Shown here: piece after piece, positions 1 to 10,865 of the stretch
How positions within the stretch are numbered: position 1 is the first letter of the stretch
Layout: every line of letters starts with the position of its first letter
Assembly: GCA_963729895.1 (NCBI GenBank)
Contig: CAVSQB010000018.1
Span: 78,074-142,073, forward strand
Reading direction: 5' to 3'
Source of the DNA: an uncultured Fibrobacterota bacterium
Lineage (GTDB): Bacteria; Fibrobacterota; Chitinivibrionia; Chitinivibrionales; FEN-1185
DNA length: 64,000 bases
Notes under the pieces: generated by a model
The model's input: only the letters and a program-made list of their open reading frames with translations
Told to the model about the DNA's origin: nothing
Database searches by the model: none
Made by a program: the position numbers and the translations under genes

Positions 1-1818
1 ATGCCGCGGATCGGCAAGGCTTTGGGATGGAACGCGGCGAGGCAGGCGAAAATCCTTGCCGAGGTCCATGAGTTGACATTTAAGAAGCCGCGGCAGATTC
101 AGACCGATTTCGGTGCGCTCGTCGATTGCGCCAACGAATACTGGTGCGCGGTGCTGAGGCGGAACGGCGCGCAAGACGGCCAGATCGATCAGATGGACAT
201 CGTGAACCCCAATTCCCTTATTCGCAAGAAGGGTAATCTCTCCATACGGCTCACCATCGACGTTCCTTTGCAGAAAGAGCTTGAGCGCCTTGTGAATGCG
301 CGCGGGTATGGACCCGACACCACGGTGATGGAGGGTGGCAGGCCGGTCCAGGTGGGTGGGCAATACTATGCCTACAGCATCATGGATTCCAAGGACGGCA
401 CGCTGCTGGCGTATTATTCGAGGGACCGAATGGGGTCACGCTTGTCGGGACTTCTTCGTAACAGGACCCCCAACGGATCGTCGACTGCCAAGCCGATTTT
501 CAACGCGCTCAATTTCGACCTTGGCACGTTTGCTCCCTATGCAAAATGGACCGACAGTGTGGAAGTGACCGACAACGTTCCATGGCAGCGGGCGTTTAGG
601 CGCGACGCAAAAGGCAGAATTCTCGGCGTGGTGTTTACCCACAGCGCGGTGCGCGGAAAAGGCTATGAGGTGCACAACGACCACGACGAGTTTGAAGGCT
701 GCCGGTATATTTTCGACCAGCTGAACGCGTCGAACAATATTCTCGGAGTGGAGACGGTGTACCGGCTCAACAGAACTCTGTTTTCCCTGGACGGCGGCAT
801 CAGCAAGGATGCATTCCCTCTTGTCCAATACTTCTACCGGATCGGCGCGTTCGGCCGCATCAAGGACGATCTGCACCTCACCTCGGTGACGGGCGTGCGC
901 GTGTACAAGGAGCTTGCACGCATCGTGGGTGTGGACGTTGATTCCACCGTGTCGGGCGGCAAGCGCGTGCCGATTTCGGACAGCCTGTACTCGGTGGCGC
1001 TCGGCACGCTCGAGCTTACCCTCTACGAGCAGATGCACCTGTTTAACGTGCTATATAATAACGATCTCATTGAAAGGCCGGCTAGCCACCCATCACTCAT
1101 CATCGACAACATCGTTCTCAACGGCGATACCGTGCAAATGACCGACACCATCAAGCGCTACCATCCATTTTTGGATGTAAATAACCTGCGTTCCACCTAC
1201 CTTGGCCTCCACAAGCGGCTTGTCTCCGCTGACGGTCTTGACATATACGATATTACGGCGCCGCCCGATACCGCCGGGATCGAGATGAAAAGTGCGTTCG
1301 ACAAGGCAGTACTCCCGCTTACGGGCCCGCCGTCCAACTTTGCAAAGAGCGGCACAACCGATGACGTGATCCGTCCGTTCGACGCGCGCGCCAGGAGCGG
1401 CAGGAAAACGAACTACGGCGTCTGGAACGCGGTGCTGCGCGTCGACCTGTCCAAGTTGGCAGGAGCCGGCGCAGAACCCGACATCCGCGACATCACCGTG
1501 GCGTGCATCGGCGAATGCAGCCAGCACTACACGGGCGCTCGCGACGGCAAGAGCCTGCACAAGTTCCTCACCAAGAACCTGTTGCTCAAAGCCGGCGTTC
1601 CATGCCCCAACGGTTTCTTCACAAGGTATGAGGCGTATATCAAGCGCGCTACGCCTAAAGACTCATTGGATTGTGTCAATGCAGCCGGTGCCGGGCAAGA
1701 ATCCAAGCCCGGGAATCCGTTTGAACGGTTCCTTTCAATATTCAAGAAGAAGGCCGACACCTCAAGAGCTGCGCCCACGGTGGATACGGGCGGGCCGGTT
1801 TCGAAGAATCAGGATTGA
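1..1818 (+). CDS. Penicillin-binding protein, transpeptidase domain (probably 5'-truncated by the window edge)
   Basis: The three PBP motifs occur in order: SxxK (GSSTAKP), SxN (ASNN) and K[ST]G (AKSGTT); also the ALGTLELT motif. Confidence 0.75.
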   Translation: MPRIGKALGWNAARQAKILAEVHELTFKKPRQIQTDFGALVDCANEYWCAVLRRNGAQDGQIDQMDIVNPNSLIRKKGNLSIRLTIDVPLQKELERLVNARGYGPDTTVMEGGRPVQVGGQYYAYSIMDSKDGTLLAYYSRDRMGSRLSGLLRNRTPNGSSTAKPIFNALNFDLGTFAPYAKWTDSVEVTDNVPWQRAFRRDAKGRILGVVFTHSAVRGKGYEVHNDHDEFEGCRYIFDQLNASNNILGVETVYRLNRTLFSLDGGISKDAFPLVQYFYRIGAFGRIKDDLHLTSVTGVRVYKELARIVGVDVDSTVSGGKRVPISDSLYSVALGTLELTLYEQMHLFNVLYNNDLIERPASHPSLIIDNIVLNGDTVQMTDTIKRYHPFLDVNNLRSTYLGLHKRLVSADGLDIYDITAPPDTAGIEMKSAFDKAVLPLTGPPSNFAKSGTTDDVIRPFDARARSGRKTNYGVWNAVLRVDLSKLAGAGAEPDIRDITVACIGECSQHYTGARDGKSLHKFLTKNLLLKAGVPCPNGFFTRYEAYIKRATPKDSLDCVNAAGAGQESKPGNPFERFLSIFKKKADTSRAAPTVDTGGPVSKNQD

Positions 1819-1918
1819 ATAGGTTGAAAGGGGAAGCACCGCAGCCCTTATCGACCCAACAATTATCCCCTCCTTCCGGCATTTTATTATATTTCTTATT
1901 CCACAATCTATTGTATAA

Positions 1919-3748
1919 ATGGCGGAAACAGCTACAATATATATGCCAGATACAAAACTATCGATCCCGGTATACGACGAAAAAACAATCAAGACCCTCA
2001 GTTCCCTCGAGCACATCCGTTTACGCCCTGGGATGTACATCGGCCGCCTGGGCGACGGAACCAACCCCGACGACGGCATCTACATCCTGCTCAAGGAAGT
2101 GATCGACAACTCGATTGATGAATTCATCATGGGGTTCGGAAAGAAGATTGACATCTCCATTGAAGAGGGGATCGTTTCCGTGCGCGACTACGGCCGCGGC
2201 ATACCGCTCGGCAAGGTGATCGAATGCGTGTCGGTGATCAACACCGGCGCAAAATACAATGACGACGTGTTCCAGTTCAGTGTGGGACTCAACGGCGTCG
2301 GCACCAAGGCGGTGAACGGGATGTCGTCCCATTTTCGCGTAGCGTCGTTTCGCGACGGCGAGTTCTTTGAGGCGACGTTCTCACGAGGCAAGCAAATCTC
2401 AAAACGCAAGGGGTCGGTGAAGGGTGAGCACAACGGCACCCTTATCGAGTTCACGCCCGATGCGGAACTCTTCGGCGACTCTGCGTTCAACGTTGAGTAC
2501 GTGGAACGCAGGCTCTGGAATTACGCCTGCCTCAACACCGGGCTCAAGCTGGTTTTCAACAAACAGACCTTCGAATCGAAAAACGGGCTTCTCGACCTTC
2601 TTACCGATGAAGTGGGCGAGAGCACCGTCTACCCCATCGGACATTTCAAGACCAAGTTCCTGGAATTTGCCTTCACCCATACCGCAAGCTACGGGGAAAC
2701 CTACCGTTCGTTTGTGAACGGCCAGCTCACCAGCGACGGCGGCACGCACCTGTCCGCGTTCCGCGAAGGCATTCTCAAGGGGATCAACGAGTTTTACAAG
2801 AAAGACTATTCGGGCCTCGACGTGCGCGAAGGAATGGCGGGCGCGATTGCGGTGAAGCTCAAGGCGCCGGTGTTCGAATCGCAGACCAAGAACAAACTGG
2901 GTAACACCGAAATCCGCGGCTGGGTAATTTCCGAAGTCAAGTCGGGCGTTGTGGACTTTCTCCACAAGAACCCGGAAAGCGCCAAGGCGCTTGAGAGCAA
3001 GATAGTCCAGAACGAGCATCTGCGCAAAGAACTCAACGCGGTCAAGAAGGAAGCCAAGGAAGCCGCCAAGCGCATCGAAATAAAAATTCCCTGCCTCAAG
3101 GACTGCAAGTACCATCTTGGCGACACGAAACACGGCGAGGAATCAACCGTGTTCCTTACCGAAGGGCAATCGGCCGCCGGTTCCATCGTGTCCGCGCGCG
3201 ACGTGCAGACACAGGCGATCTTCACGCTCAAGGGCAAGCCGGAAAACGTATTCAGCAGGAACCGGGCGGCCATCTACCAGAACGAAGAACTGTACAACCT
3301 GATGATGTCGCTCGGCATCGAAGAGAACATCGAGAACCTGCGGTACAACCGCATCGTCATCGCCACCGACGCCGACGTGGACGGGTTCCACATCCGCTAT
3401 CTGCTCATGACATTCTTCCTCACCTACTTTGAAGACCTGGTGGTATCAAACCACCTTTATATATTGGAAACGCCGCTGTTCCGCGTTCGCAACAACAAGG
3501 AAACGCGGTATTGTTACAGCGAGAAGGAGCGCGACGCCGGCACGCGCGACCTGAAGGGCTCCGAGGTGACCCGGTTCAAGGGTCTTGGCGAGATATCGCC
3601 CGGCGAGTTCGGCCAGTTTATCGGCGAGGACATGCGGCTCGTGGAAGTCAACGTAAAATCGATCAAGAACATACCGGAAACGCTGGAATTCTACATGGGC
3701 AAGAACACGCCGCAGCGGAAAGACTTCATTATGGAGAACCTAGTCTAA
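1919..3748 (+). CDS. parE: Type IIA topoisomerase subunit B (topoisomerase IV ParE-type)
   Basis: EHIRLRPGMYIG, EVIDNSIDE, GRGIP, GLNGVG, TEGQSA, DADVDG and RFKGLGE motifs; compact 609 aa; alternative start at 1943. Confidence 0.88.
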   Translation: MAETATIYMPDTKLSIPVYDEKTIKTLSSLEHIRLRPGMYIGRLGDGTNPDDGIYILLKEVIDNSIDEFIMGFGKKIDISIEEGIVSVRDYGRGIPLGKVIECVSVINTGAKYNDDVFQFSVGLNGVGTKAVNGMSSHFRVASFRDGEFFEATFSRGKQISKRKGSVKGEHNGTLIEFTPDAELFGDSAFNVEYVERRLWNYACLNTGLKLVFNKQTFESKNGLLDLLTDEVGESTVYPIGHFKTKFLEFAFTHTASYGETYRSFVNGQLTSDGGTHLSAFREGILKGINEFYKKDYSGLDVREGMAGAIAVKLKAPVFESQTKNKLGNTEIRGWVISEVKSGVVDFLHKNPESAKALESKIVQNEHLRKELNAVKKEAKEAAKRIEIKIPCLKDCKYHLGDTKHGEESTVFLTEGQSAAGSIVSARDVQTQAIFTLKGKPENVFSRNRAAIYQNEELYNLMMSLGIEENIENLRYNRIVIATDADVDGFHIRYLLMTFFLTYFEDLVVSNHLYILETPLFRVRNNKETRYCYSEKERDAGTRDLKGSEVTRFKGLGEISPGEFGQFIGEDMRLVEVNVKSIKNIPETLEFYMGKNTPQRKDFIMENLV

Positions 3749-5658
3749 TGGCGTTTGTCCCTGCACTTTACAAAAACTACTTTATCGAGTACGCAAGCTA
3801 CGTCATCAAGGACCGCGCCATACCCGACATCGAGGACGGGCTCAAGCCGGTGCAGCGCCGCATTCTTCACACGCTCTTCGAAATGGACGACGGCAAATTC
3901 CACAAGGTTGCCAATGCCGTGGGCCAGTGCATGAAATACCATCCGCACGGCGACCAGTCGATTTTTGCCGCCCTCGTCGGCCTGGCTAATAAAGATTTGT
4001 TTATTGACAAACAGGGTAATTTCGGCAACATCCTCACGGGCGACGAGGCCTCGGCGATGCGCTACATCGAGTGCCGCCTCACACCGCTTGCCCGGGAAAC
4101 CCTGTTCAATCCGGAAATCACCGATTTCGTCGGCTCCTACGACGGACGCAACAAGGAGCCCGTTGTATTGCCCGCCAAGGTGCCGGTTCTTCTGGCGCAG
4201 GGTGCCGAAGGAATTGCCGTGGGCATGGCCACCAAGATCCTGCCGCACAATTTTATCGAGCTGCTCCAGGCGCAGATCGCGTATCTTAACAAAGAGGACT
4301 TCTCGCTGAGGCCGGATTTTCCCTCGGGCGGCATGCTTGACATGTCGGAGTACGGAGACGGCAACGGCAAGGTCCGCATCCGCGCCAGGCTCGACACCGG
4401 CGACGACAAGCGGATCGTGGTCCGCGAAATCCCCTTCGGCACCACAACCGAAAGCCTCATCGCCAGCGTGGAGGCCGCAGCCCGCAAAAACAAGATCAAG
4501 ATAGCGGGTATTTCCGATTTCACCTCGGAACAAGTGGAGATCGAGATCCGGCTCGCGCGCGGTGTGCACACGCAGGACACGGTCGACGCGCTGTACGCGT
4601 TTACGGACTGCGAAGTGTCGACCAACGTGAACGTGGTGGTAATCAAAGAAGGCAAACCGGTCACCATGAGCGTGTCCGACGTGCTCAAACACGGCGCGGA
4701 CCGGACCGTTGAGCTTTTGAAGCGCGAGCTTAAGATCGAGGACGGCCATTTGCGCGACCGGCTGCACGCCAAGACGCTCGAACAGATCTTCATCGAAAAC
4801 CGTGTGTACAAACGCATCGAAGACAAGAAGACGCAGGAAGCCGTCACCAAAGCGGTAATTGACGGACTGGAACCTTTTGCCGGCCAGATCAAGCGCGAGG
4901 TGACGGCCGGCGACGTGGAAACCCTGCTCAAGATTCCTATCCGCAGGATCTCTGCCTACGACATCAACAAAGCCCGGCACGAAATGGACGAGATCAAGAC
5001 GCGGCTCAAGGAGATCCGGCATTCGCTCGATACTATCGTGGATTACACTATCGGGTTCATGCAGGATACCATGCTCAAGTACAGCAAGCAGTATCCGCGC
5101 CGCACCGAAGTGGTGTCGTTCGAGAAGGTTGATGTCCGCGAAGTCGCCCAGCGCAACCTCAAGCTTCGTTACGACCGCGACAACGGTTATCTCGGCTACG
5201 AGGTGAACGGCAGCGGGCTCTTCGATGTCTCGCTGTACGACCGCATTCTCGTGATCCGCAGGAACGGCATGTATTCGGTAATCAACGTGCCCGACAAATT
5301 ATTCGTGGACAAGGGCATGCTGCACTGCGGGTTCATCGACAAAGACGCCGTCTATTCCCTGGTGTACAAGAGTCCCGAGAATCAGTTCCCCTACGTAAAG
5401 CGCTGCCACATAGAGCAGTTCATCATGCAGAAGGCATACCTGCTTGCGCCCGAAGGGGCGACCGTCCAGATGTTCACCACCGAGACCGACGGGACCATCG
5501 AGGTGGAATACAAGCCCAAGCCCTATCTGCGCGTGCTTGAGGAGAAGTTCAACCTCGGAGATTATCTGATCAAGGGGGTCAAAGCCCAGGGTGTGAGGCT
5601 TTCCAACAAGGAAGCCAGGACCGTGAAGTTCGTGGCGGACCTCAAGTTGACCAATTAA
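3748..5658 (+). CDS. parC: Type IIA topoisomerase subunit A (topoisomerase IV ParC-type)
   Basis: DRAIPDIEDGLKPVQRR, YHPHGD and catalytic AMRY motifs; ATG at 3748 overlaps the parE stop (TAATG); short CTD. Confidence 0.88.
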   Translation: MAFVPALYKNYFIEYASYVIKDRAIPDIEDGLKPVQRRILHTLFEMDDGKFHKVANAVGQCMKYHPHGDQSIFAALVGLANKDLFIDKQGNFGNILTGDEASAMRYIECRLTPLARETLFNPEITDFVGSYDGRNKEPVVLPAKVPVLLAQGAEGIAVGMATKILPHNFIELLQAQIAYLNKEDFSLRPDFPSGGMLDMSEYGDGNGKVRIRARLDTGDDKRIVVREIPFGTTTESLIASVEAAARKNKIKIAGISDFTSEQVEIEIRLARGVHTQDTVDALYAFTDCEVSTNVNVVVIKEGKPVTMSVSDVLKHGADRTVELLKRELKIEDGHLRDRLHAKTLEQIFIENRVYKRIEDKKTQEAVTKAVIDGLEPFAGQIKREVTAGDVETLLKIPIRRISAYDINKARHEMDEIKTRLKEIRHSLDTIVDYTIGFMQDTMLKYSKQYPRRTEVVSFEKVDVREVAQRNLKLRYDRDNGYLGYEVNGSGLFDVSLYDRILVIRRNGMYSVINVPDKLFVDKGMLHCGFIDKDAVYSLVYKSPENQFPYVKRCHIEQFIMQKAYLLAPEGATVQMFTTETDGTIEVEYKPKPYLRVLEEKFNLGDYLIKGVKAQGVRLSNKEARTVKFVADLKLTN

Positions 5659-5884
5659 TACAATACGCTATTTCTTGTGGGGGAAGTTTACCCCGGCGTC
5701 CTGCCGGTGCTCCGCTACCTCTCTCCCGGGTACCCCATGTGAGTTGATTTGCAAGAAAGAAACTTCGGCTGGGGGGCACCCGCGAAGCGCTGTGGAATTG
5801 AAGAACGCAGCATTTTAGGATGGAGGCGCTCTGCAGCAGTACCTCTAGCTAAAAATGGTTTTCCTTCATCAACGCTGGGGCGTT

Positions 5885-6799
5885 TCAACGATTCAACTTT
5901 TTGAACTTTGCTCCCTGCAGCAAACCCCTCTTCTCCATCACATCATAAATAACCTTCATCGACCCCGCCTTGTCCGCGCTCCACATCGGCGCAACCAGCC
6001 CGTTTTTCACGCTCGCATCGGCCATGATCCTGTGGATATGCTGGTCCGGCCTCAGGCGCGCCAGGAAATCGCACACAGCTTCGGCATATTCCTCGAGCGT
6101 CAACGGCTGTACCGTGCCTTCTTCGTACCACCGGTGCATCCGGGTCCCGGCGATAATCATGAGCTGATGGATCTTGACTCCTGTTACCGGAAGAGAGGCT
6201 ACGAGCGTTGCCGTCGAGACTGCGTCGCCCGCAGATTCGGACGGCAGCCCGATCATCACGTGCGCCACCGTCTCGATTCCGCGTGCATTGAGCCGGTGTA
6301 CGGCATCGACAAACGCCTTTGTGTCGTGGCCGCGTCCGTTGAGGCGAAGCGTCTCATCATTCCCGCTCTGCAAGCCGATTTCCACGGAGACATACGTCCG
6401 CTTCGACACCTCTTTCAAGTAGTCGCAAACGTCGTCCGGAAGACAGTCGGGACGCGTGCCGATCGCCAGGCCGGCAATGTTAGGATGACCGAGGAGCGGC
6501 TCGTAAATATTTCGGAGTCGTCTTACGCTTTCGTAGGTATTGGAAAACGGCTGCAGATAGGCGATGAACGCGCTGTGCCTGCCCCCGTCCTTGGTAATTG
6601 CACATTTCAATTGGTCGAGCAATGATGCGGCGGTGACGGCCACGGGCGAGAACGACCGGTTGTCGCAGAACGAACAGCCTTCGCTGCCGATGGTGCCGTC
6701 GCGATTGGGGCATGAAAAACCGGCATTGAGAGGAATCTTGAGAACCGGCCTTCCGATGTGTTTCTTGAGATAGGAACGGTAGGAGTTATAGCGTTCCAC
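5885..6799 (-). CDS. Radical SAM protein, YhcC/YtqA (TIGR01212-like) family
   Basis: GFSCPNRDGTIGSEGCSFC, IGTRPDCL and EIGLQS motifs. Confidence 0.85.
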   Translation of the reverse strand: MERYNSYRSYLKKHIGRPVLKIPLNAGFSCPNRDGTIGSEGCSFCDNRSFSPVAVTAASLLDQLKCAITKDGGRHSAFIAYLQPFSNTYESVRRLRNIYEPLLGHPNIAGLAIGTRPDCLPDDVCDYLKEVSKRTYVSVEIGLQSGNDETLRLNGRGHDTKAFVDAVHRLNARGIETVAHVMIGLPSESAGDAVSTATLVASLPVTGVKIHQLMIIAGTRMHRWYEEGTVQPLTLEEYAEAVCDFLARLRPDQHIHRIMADASVKNGLVAPMWSADKAGSMKVIYDVMEKRGLLQGAKFKKLNR

Positions 6800-6927
6800 T
6801 GTTTATAATTGATTAGAACTGCAGGTTGCAAATTCAGGGATCCAGGTCACCGGAAGAAAATAAAAAAGGGTAACCCGGTGCACCTCCAAACTGGAACCTC
6901 CAACCTGCACTTGTCCTGTAGTGCAGA

Positions 6928-8016
6928 TCACTGGGCAGTACCGGCCTTCTTCTTTGCTTCTTTTCTGAGGTCCAGGCTCTGGGTGGTGTCTTTGCTGATA
7001 TTGTCGATATCGGAGCCGACGTCCACGGGTTGGGCGTCAAGGTGTTTTGCTTCCCCGCCGCCCCCCTTGTGCAGCTCGCTCTTCAGCTGCTGCATCTGCG
7101 CCTCGTTCTGTTCCGAAGCCTTTTCGCGGTTTGCTTTGGCGTCGGACTTGCCGGTTGAAACGGCTTCGCCGTTCTCAAGTTTGTCAATTCGCCGTTGCAC
7201 TTCTTCTTTCTTCATCGCCTCGTTCAGATAAATGAGATATTTCTTATAGGTGGCGATAGCATCCTCTTTCTTTCCCATTTCCTCCTGCAGCAGCCCGAGG
7301 TTATCGTAGAACACCTGGGAATTTTCATCGAGTTTGACCGAGATTTGGTATTCTTTGAGCGCCTCCGCCTTATTGTTTTCTTTTTTCCACAGGATGTTGC
7401 CGAGCTGCCAGTGTGCGTCCGCGTTGTTGGGATCTGCCGCGATGGCCTCCTGGCAGTATTTCTTCGCCCCCGCGACATTGCCCTTCTCGGTAAGGCAACG
7501 GGCAACCCCGCTGTACGCTTCGCCCCGTTTTCCATCGGTCCGGATGGCGGCTTCGTAATGGGCAATGGCCTTGTCATAGGCGCCTGCGTTCTCGTACATC
7601 GCAGCCAGGTTCATGCGTGCATCAACATTGCTCGGGTTGAGTTCAACGGAACGGGCAATGGCGTCCGCGGCCTTTCCCGACTTGCCGAGTTTCTCGTATG
7701 CAAAGCCTATATTCGCCCAGCAGTCGGCGTTCCGGGGATCGAGCGAAATCGCCCTGTTGTATTCCGCAACGGCTTTATCGTACCGCTCGGCCTGAAGATA
7801 GGCGAATGCGAGATTGGCCTGGGCCTCAAAGTTCCTCGGCTCCTTGGCGACCACCTGCCGGAACACGGAAATGGCTTCCGTGTACGCGCCGTTTTTCAGC
7901 AGATTGTCGCCCGATGCCATGAGTTCCTCAACGGAATTCTGACTTCTTGCCGGCATCACAAGCACAAACGCAGCGGCAAGAACCGACATGATGCACATGA
8001 GCTTGGTCGTTTTCAT
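6928..8016 (-). CDS. Exported tetratricopeptide-repeat protein
   Basis: N-terminal signal peptide followed by about 7 tandem ~34-aa TPR-like repeats. Confidence 0.85.
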   Translation of the reverse strand: MKTTKLMCIMSVLAAAFVLVMPARSQNSVEELMASGDNLLKNGAYTEAISVFRQVVAKEPRNFEAQANLAFAYLQAERYDKAVAEYNRAISLDPRNADCWANIGFAYEKLGKSGKAADAIARSVELNPSNVDARMNLAAMYENAGAYDKAIAHYEAAIRTDGKRGEAYSGVARCLTEKGNVAGAKKYCQEAIAADPNNADAHWQLGNILWKKENNKAEALKEYQISVKLDENSQVFYDNLGLLQEEMGKKEDAIATYKKYLIYLNEAMKKEEVQRRIDKLENGEAVSTGKSDAKANREKASEQNEAQMQQLKSELHKGGGGEAKHLDAQPVDVGSDIDNISKDTTQSLDLRKEAKKKAGTAQ

Positions 8017-8216
8017 ATCGAATCCCCTCTTCTAGGATATGGATATTCCGATCCGCTAGTTCCATGTAAGGAGGTAACACGTAAAATAGCAATGAAAGGG
8101 ACCGCCATCAAGAGTTATCTTGAGCAACATGATTTTTGGACGCTCGAAACGTCGACGGGGTTTTCAATCAACTATATTAGAAAACTTGCGCTTGTCCAAA
8201 ACATGACGGGGGATAC

Positions 8217-9674
8217 ATGGGCGGCAAAAACCAGCAGATGCGAACCGACGTCTACAGCAATCCTTTGCTCGAACGCTATGCCAGCAAGGAAATGTCCTTT
8301 ATCTTCTCGCCGGATTTCAAATTCGGCACGTGGAGAAAACTGTGGATTGCGCTTGCTGAATGCGAAAAAGACCTTGGTCTTCCCATCACGGCCGAACAGA
8401 TTGCCGAAATGAAGGACCACGCGCACGATGTCGATTATGATGCGGCCGCCGCCTACGAGGCAAAGACCCGCCACGACGTCATGGCGCATATTCTCGCGTT
8501 CGGCGACCGTTGCCCGGCCGCAAAGCCCATCATTCACCTGGGCGCGACGAGCGCGTTTGTGGGCGATAACACCGACCTGATCCAGCTCAAGACGGCCGGG
8601 ACCATGCTCCTTGCCCGGCTCTCGGCGGTGATCGCGGCGCTCAAGGATTTCGCGCTTGCAAACAGGAACCTGGCAACAATCGGGTTCACTCATTTCCAGC
8701 CCGCCCAGCTCACCACCGTCGGCAAACGCGCGAGCCTGTGGCTGTACGAACTCACCCTCGACTTTGCGGCCCTCGAACAGTTCTGCACGTTTTTGCCCTT
8801 CCTTGGAGTCAAGGGCGCCACCGGGACGCAGGCGAGTTACATGAGCCTGTTTTCGGGGGACGAGGGCAAAGTGAAGAAGCTTGACACAATGGTTGCCGGG
8901 AAGATGGGATTTGATACGGTTGTCCCCGTGTCGGGCCAAACCTATTCGCGCAAGATCGATGCTCAAGCCCTGGCGATCCTGTCCGGCATTGCCCAGACGT
9001 TCCACAAAATCTCAAACGACATTCGGTTGTTGGCGCACCTGGGCGAGATCGAGGAGCCGTTCGAAAGCGGCCAGGTTGGATCGTCGGCAATGGCCTACAA
9101 GCGCAATCCCATGCGCTGCGAACGCATGACCTCGCTTGCACGGTATATTATTTCTTTGTCGTCATCGCCGGCAAATACGGCAGCGGAACAGTGGTTCGAG
9201 CGGACACTCGACGATTCCGCAAACAAGCGTTTGTCGATTCCGGAGGCGTTTCTTGCGGCCGACGCCATCCTCATCATCGGCCTCAATGTGCTCTCCGGCC
9301 TGATTGTATACCCGCGTGTTATCGCGAAGCACGTGGCTGAAGAGCTTCCCTTTATGGCGACCGAAAGCATTCTCATGGAAGCCGTGAAGAAGGGCGGGGA
9401 CAGGCAGTCTTTGCACGAACGCATCCGGAGCTATTCCATGGAAGCCCACAAGGGAGTCAAAACCGAAGGAAAGCAGAACGATCTTCTTGAGCGCATTCTT
9501 GCCGATCCGGCGTTCAAATTGACGAAGCAGGATCTGGACAGGATCCTTGACGTCACCGCATTCGTGGGGCGGGCGCCGCAGCAGGTTGATGAGTTTGCAA
9601 AGGACGTTGTTAACCCGCTTCTGGAGCGGAGCAGGCGATACGGCTCGATCGAGAAGAAAGAGTTGACGGTGTAG
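8217..9674 (+). CDS. purB: Adenylosuccinate lyase
   Basis: RHDVMAH, HLGATS, THFQPAQ and the signature GSSAMAYKRNP. Confidence 0.95.
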   Translation: MGGKNQQMRTDVYSNPLLERYASKEMSFIFSPDFKFGTWRKLWIALAECEKDLGLPITAEQIAEMKDHAHDVDYDAAAAYEAKTRHDVMAHILAFGDRCPAAKPIIHLGATSAFVGDNTDLIQLKTAGTMLLARLSAVIAALKDFALANRNLATIGFTHFQPAQLTTVGKRASLWLYELTLDFAALEQFCTFLPFLGVKGATGTQASYMSLFSGDEGKVKKLDTMVAGKMGFDTVVPVSGQTYSRKIDAQALAILSGIAQTFHKISNDIRLLAHLGEIEEPFESGQVGSSAMAYKRNPMRCERMTSLARYIISLSSSPANTAAEQWFERTLDDSANKRLSIPEAFLAADAILIIGLNVLSGLIVYPRVIAKHVAEELPFMATESILMEAVKKGGDRQSLHERIRSYSMEAHKGVKTEGKQNDLLERILADPAFKLTKQDLDRILDVTAFVGRAPQQVDEFAKDVVNPLLERSRRYGSIEKKELTV

Positions 9675-9724
9675 AGGAGGATGATGACCCGGAACTTTGT
9701 TGCAGCGAACGGAGCGAGATCATT

Positions 9725-10552
9725 GTGATCGCCGACTATCACGTCCATACTGCTTACTGCGGGCACGCCCGGGGAAAGACCGTCGATTACATCGAAACAG
9801 CCATCGGCTTGGGCCTGTCGGAGATCGCCTTTACCGATCATCTTGGACGGTATTATCTTGCCCGAAACCAGCGCAAACGTTACTGGGACTGGGGCATGCG
9901 GGAGCGCAACGTTGCCCGCTATTTTTCGGAGGTACTTGACTTAAAGGAGGTTTACGAAGGCAGAATCTTGATCCGAGTCGGGCTGGAAATGGATTACGTG
10001 GAAGGCGCCGAGGACCTCGCCGAAGCTATCGTCTCGCGCTACCCGTTCGATTTCTTGCTGGGATCCATTCACTGCCTGCCCGTACTCGGGTGGCGCCATA
10101 TTTCCCAATACGTGAAAGCGGACCCGCGGCAGGTGTACCACGCCTATTTCGACGCCGTAGAGTCCGGGGTTCGTTCGAACCTGTTCCAGTCGCTCGCACA
10201 CCTCGATTTTATCTGGCGGTATGTATCGTGGCCCGATGCGCCGCAGTCGCTCATGCGCGAATACATCTCGGGCGCGGCCCTGCTGGCTGCCAAGAACGAT
10301 GTATGCATCGAAGTGAACGCGAACGGGTTCTTGTGGTCGCAGATGGATGACCTGAAGAACTACGATCTTTTCGACATGTTGCTTGATTCCCTCAAGAAGC
10401 ACAATGCCGCCATTACCATCGGTTCCGACGCACACGCGCCGGACTTGGTGGGCAAGGCGTTCCCACAGATCGTCGCCCTGCTCAAGAGTAAGGGGATCAA
10501 TTCGTTTTCGCAGTTCGATCAGAAACAGCGGAAACAGGTGGCGCTGGGTTGA
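9725..10552 (+). CDS. PHP-family phosphatase (histidinol-phosphatase HisJ/HisK-like)
   Basis: DYHVHT...CGHA, FTDH, GSIH, AHLD and GSDAH metal motifs; GTG start. Confidence 0.85.
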   Translation: MIADYHVHTAYCGHARGKTVDYIETAIGLGLSEIAFTDHLGRYYLARNQRKRYWDWGMRERNVARYFSEVLDLKEVYEGRILIRVGLEMDYVEGAEDLAEAIVSRYPFDFLLGSIHCLPVLGWRHISQYVKADPRQVYHAYFDAVESGVRSNLFQSLAHLDFIWRYVSWPDAPQSLMREYISGAALLAAKNDVCIEVNANGFLWSQMDDLKNYDLFDMLLDSLKKHNAAITIGSDAHAPDLVGKAFPQIVALLKSKGINSFSQFDQKQRKQVALG

Positions 10553-10697
10553 AAGCTCCCGAAACCGGCAAGACTTTGTGGCTCCAAGCGATGGGAAAAC
10601 TATAATTTGTGCGGTAGTTCTAAAATGAGTGAATTTGTTGTGGTGGTGAATTATATCAATGACTTGTGGTGTTTTGGGCTGTGGTTTCAAACCGAAA

Positions 10698-10771
10698 GGA
10701 ATTACCGGTTTTTGACCGTATTTTCGTGATGGTTTGAACGGTTTTAGGCAGGAAATTACCGCGTTTTGACC
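10698..10771. repeat. Imperfect ~20-bp direct repeat near the element end (candidate transposase sites)
   Basis: GGAATTACCGGTTTTTGACC (10698-10717) and GGAAATTACCGCGTTTTGACC (10751-10771). Confidence 0.6.
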
Positions 10772-10865
10772 ATGCTTCAACGTCCAATTAAAGCGGCATT
10801 GAAAGCTTTATAATATAGAAGAGGACATGGAGGCACGCGGGCGATCCGCGTGAGCTGGACTGTGG

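Noticed and set aside
3511..3747. N-terminal extension of ParC in the ORF track
   Set aside because: Overlaps parE; homology begins at ATG 3748. Similar over-extensions were trimmed for the transposase, baseplate, Mor, EIIA and lptF ORFs.
5660..5880. Possible ncRNA between parC and the radical SAM gene
   Set aside because: GC-rich with partial stems, but no recognisable family or second copy in the window.
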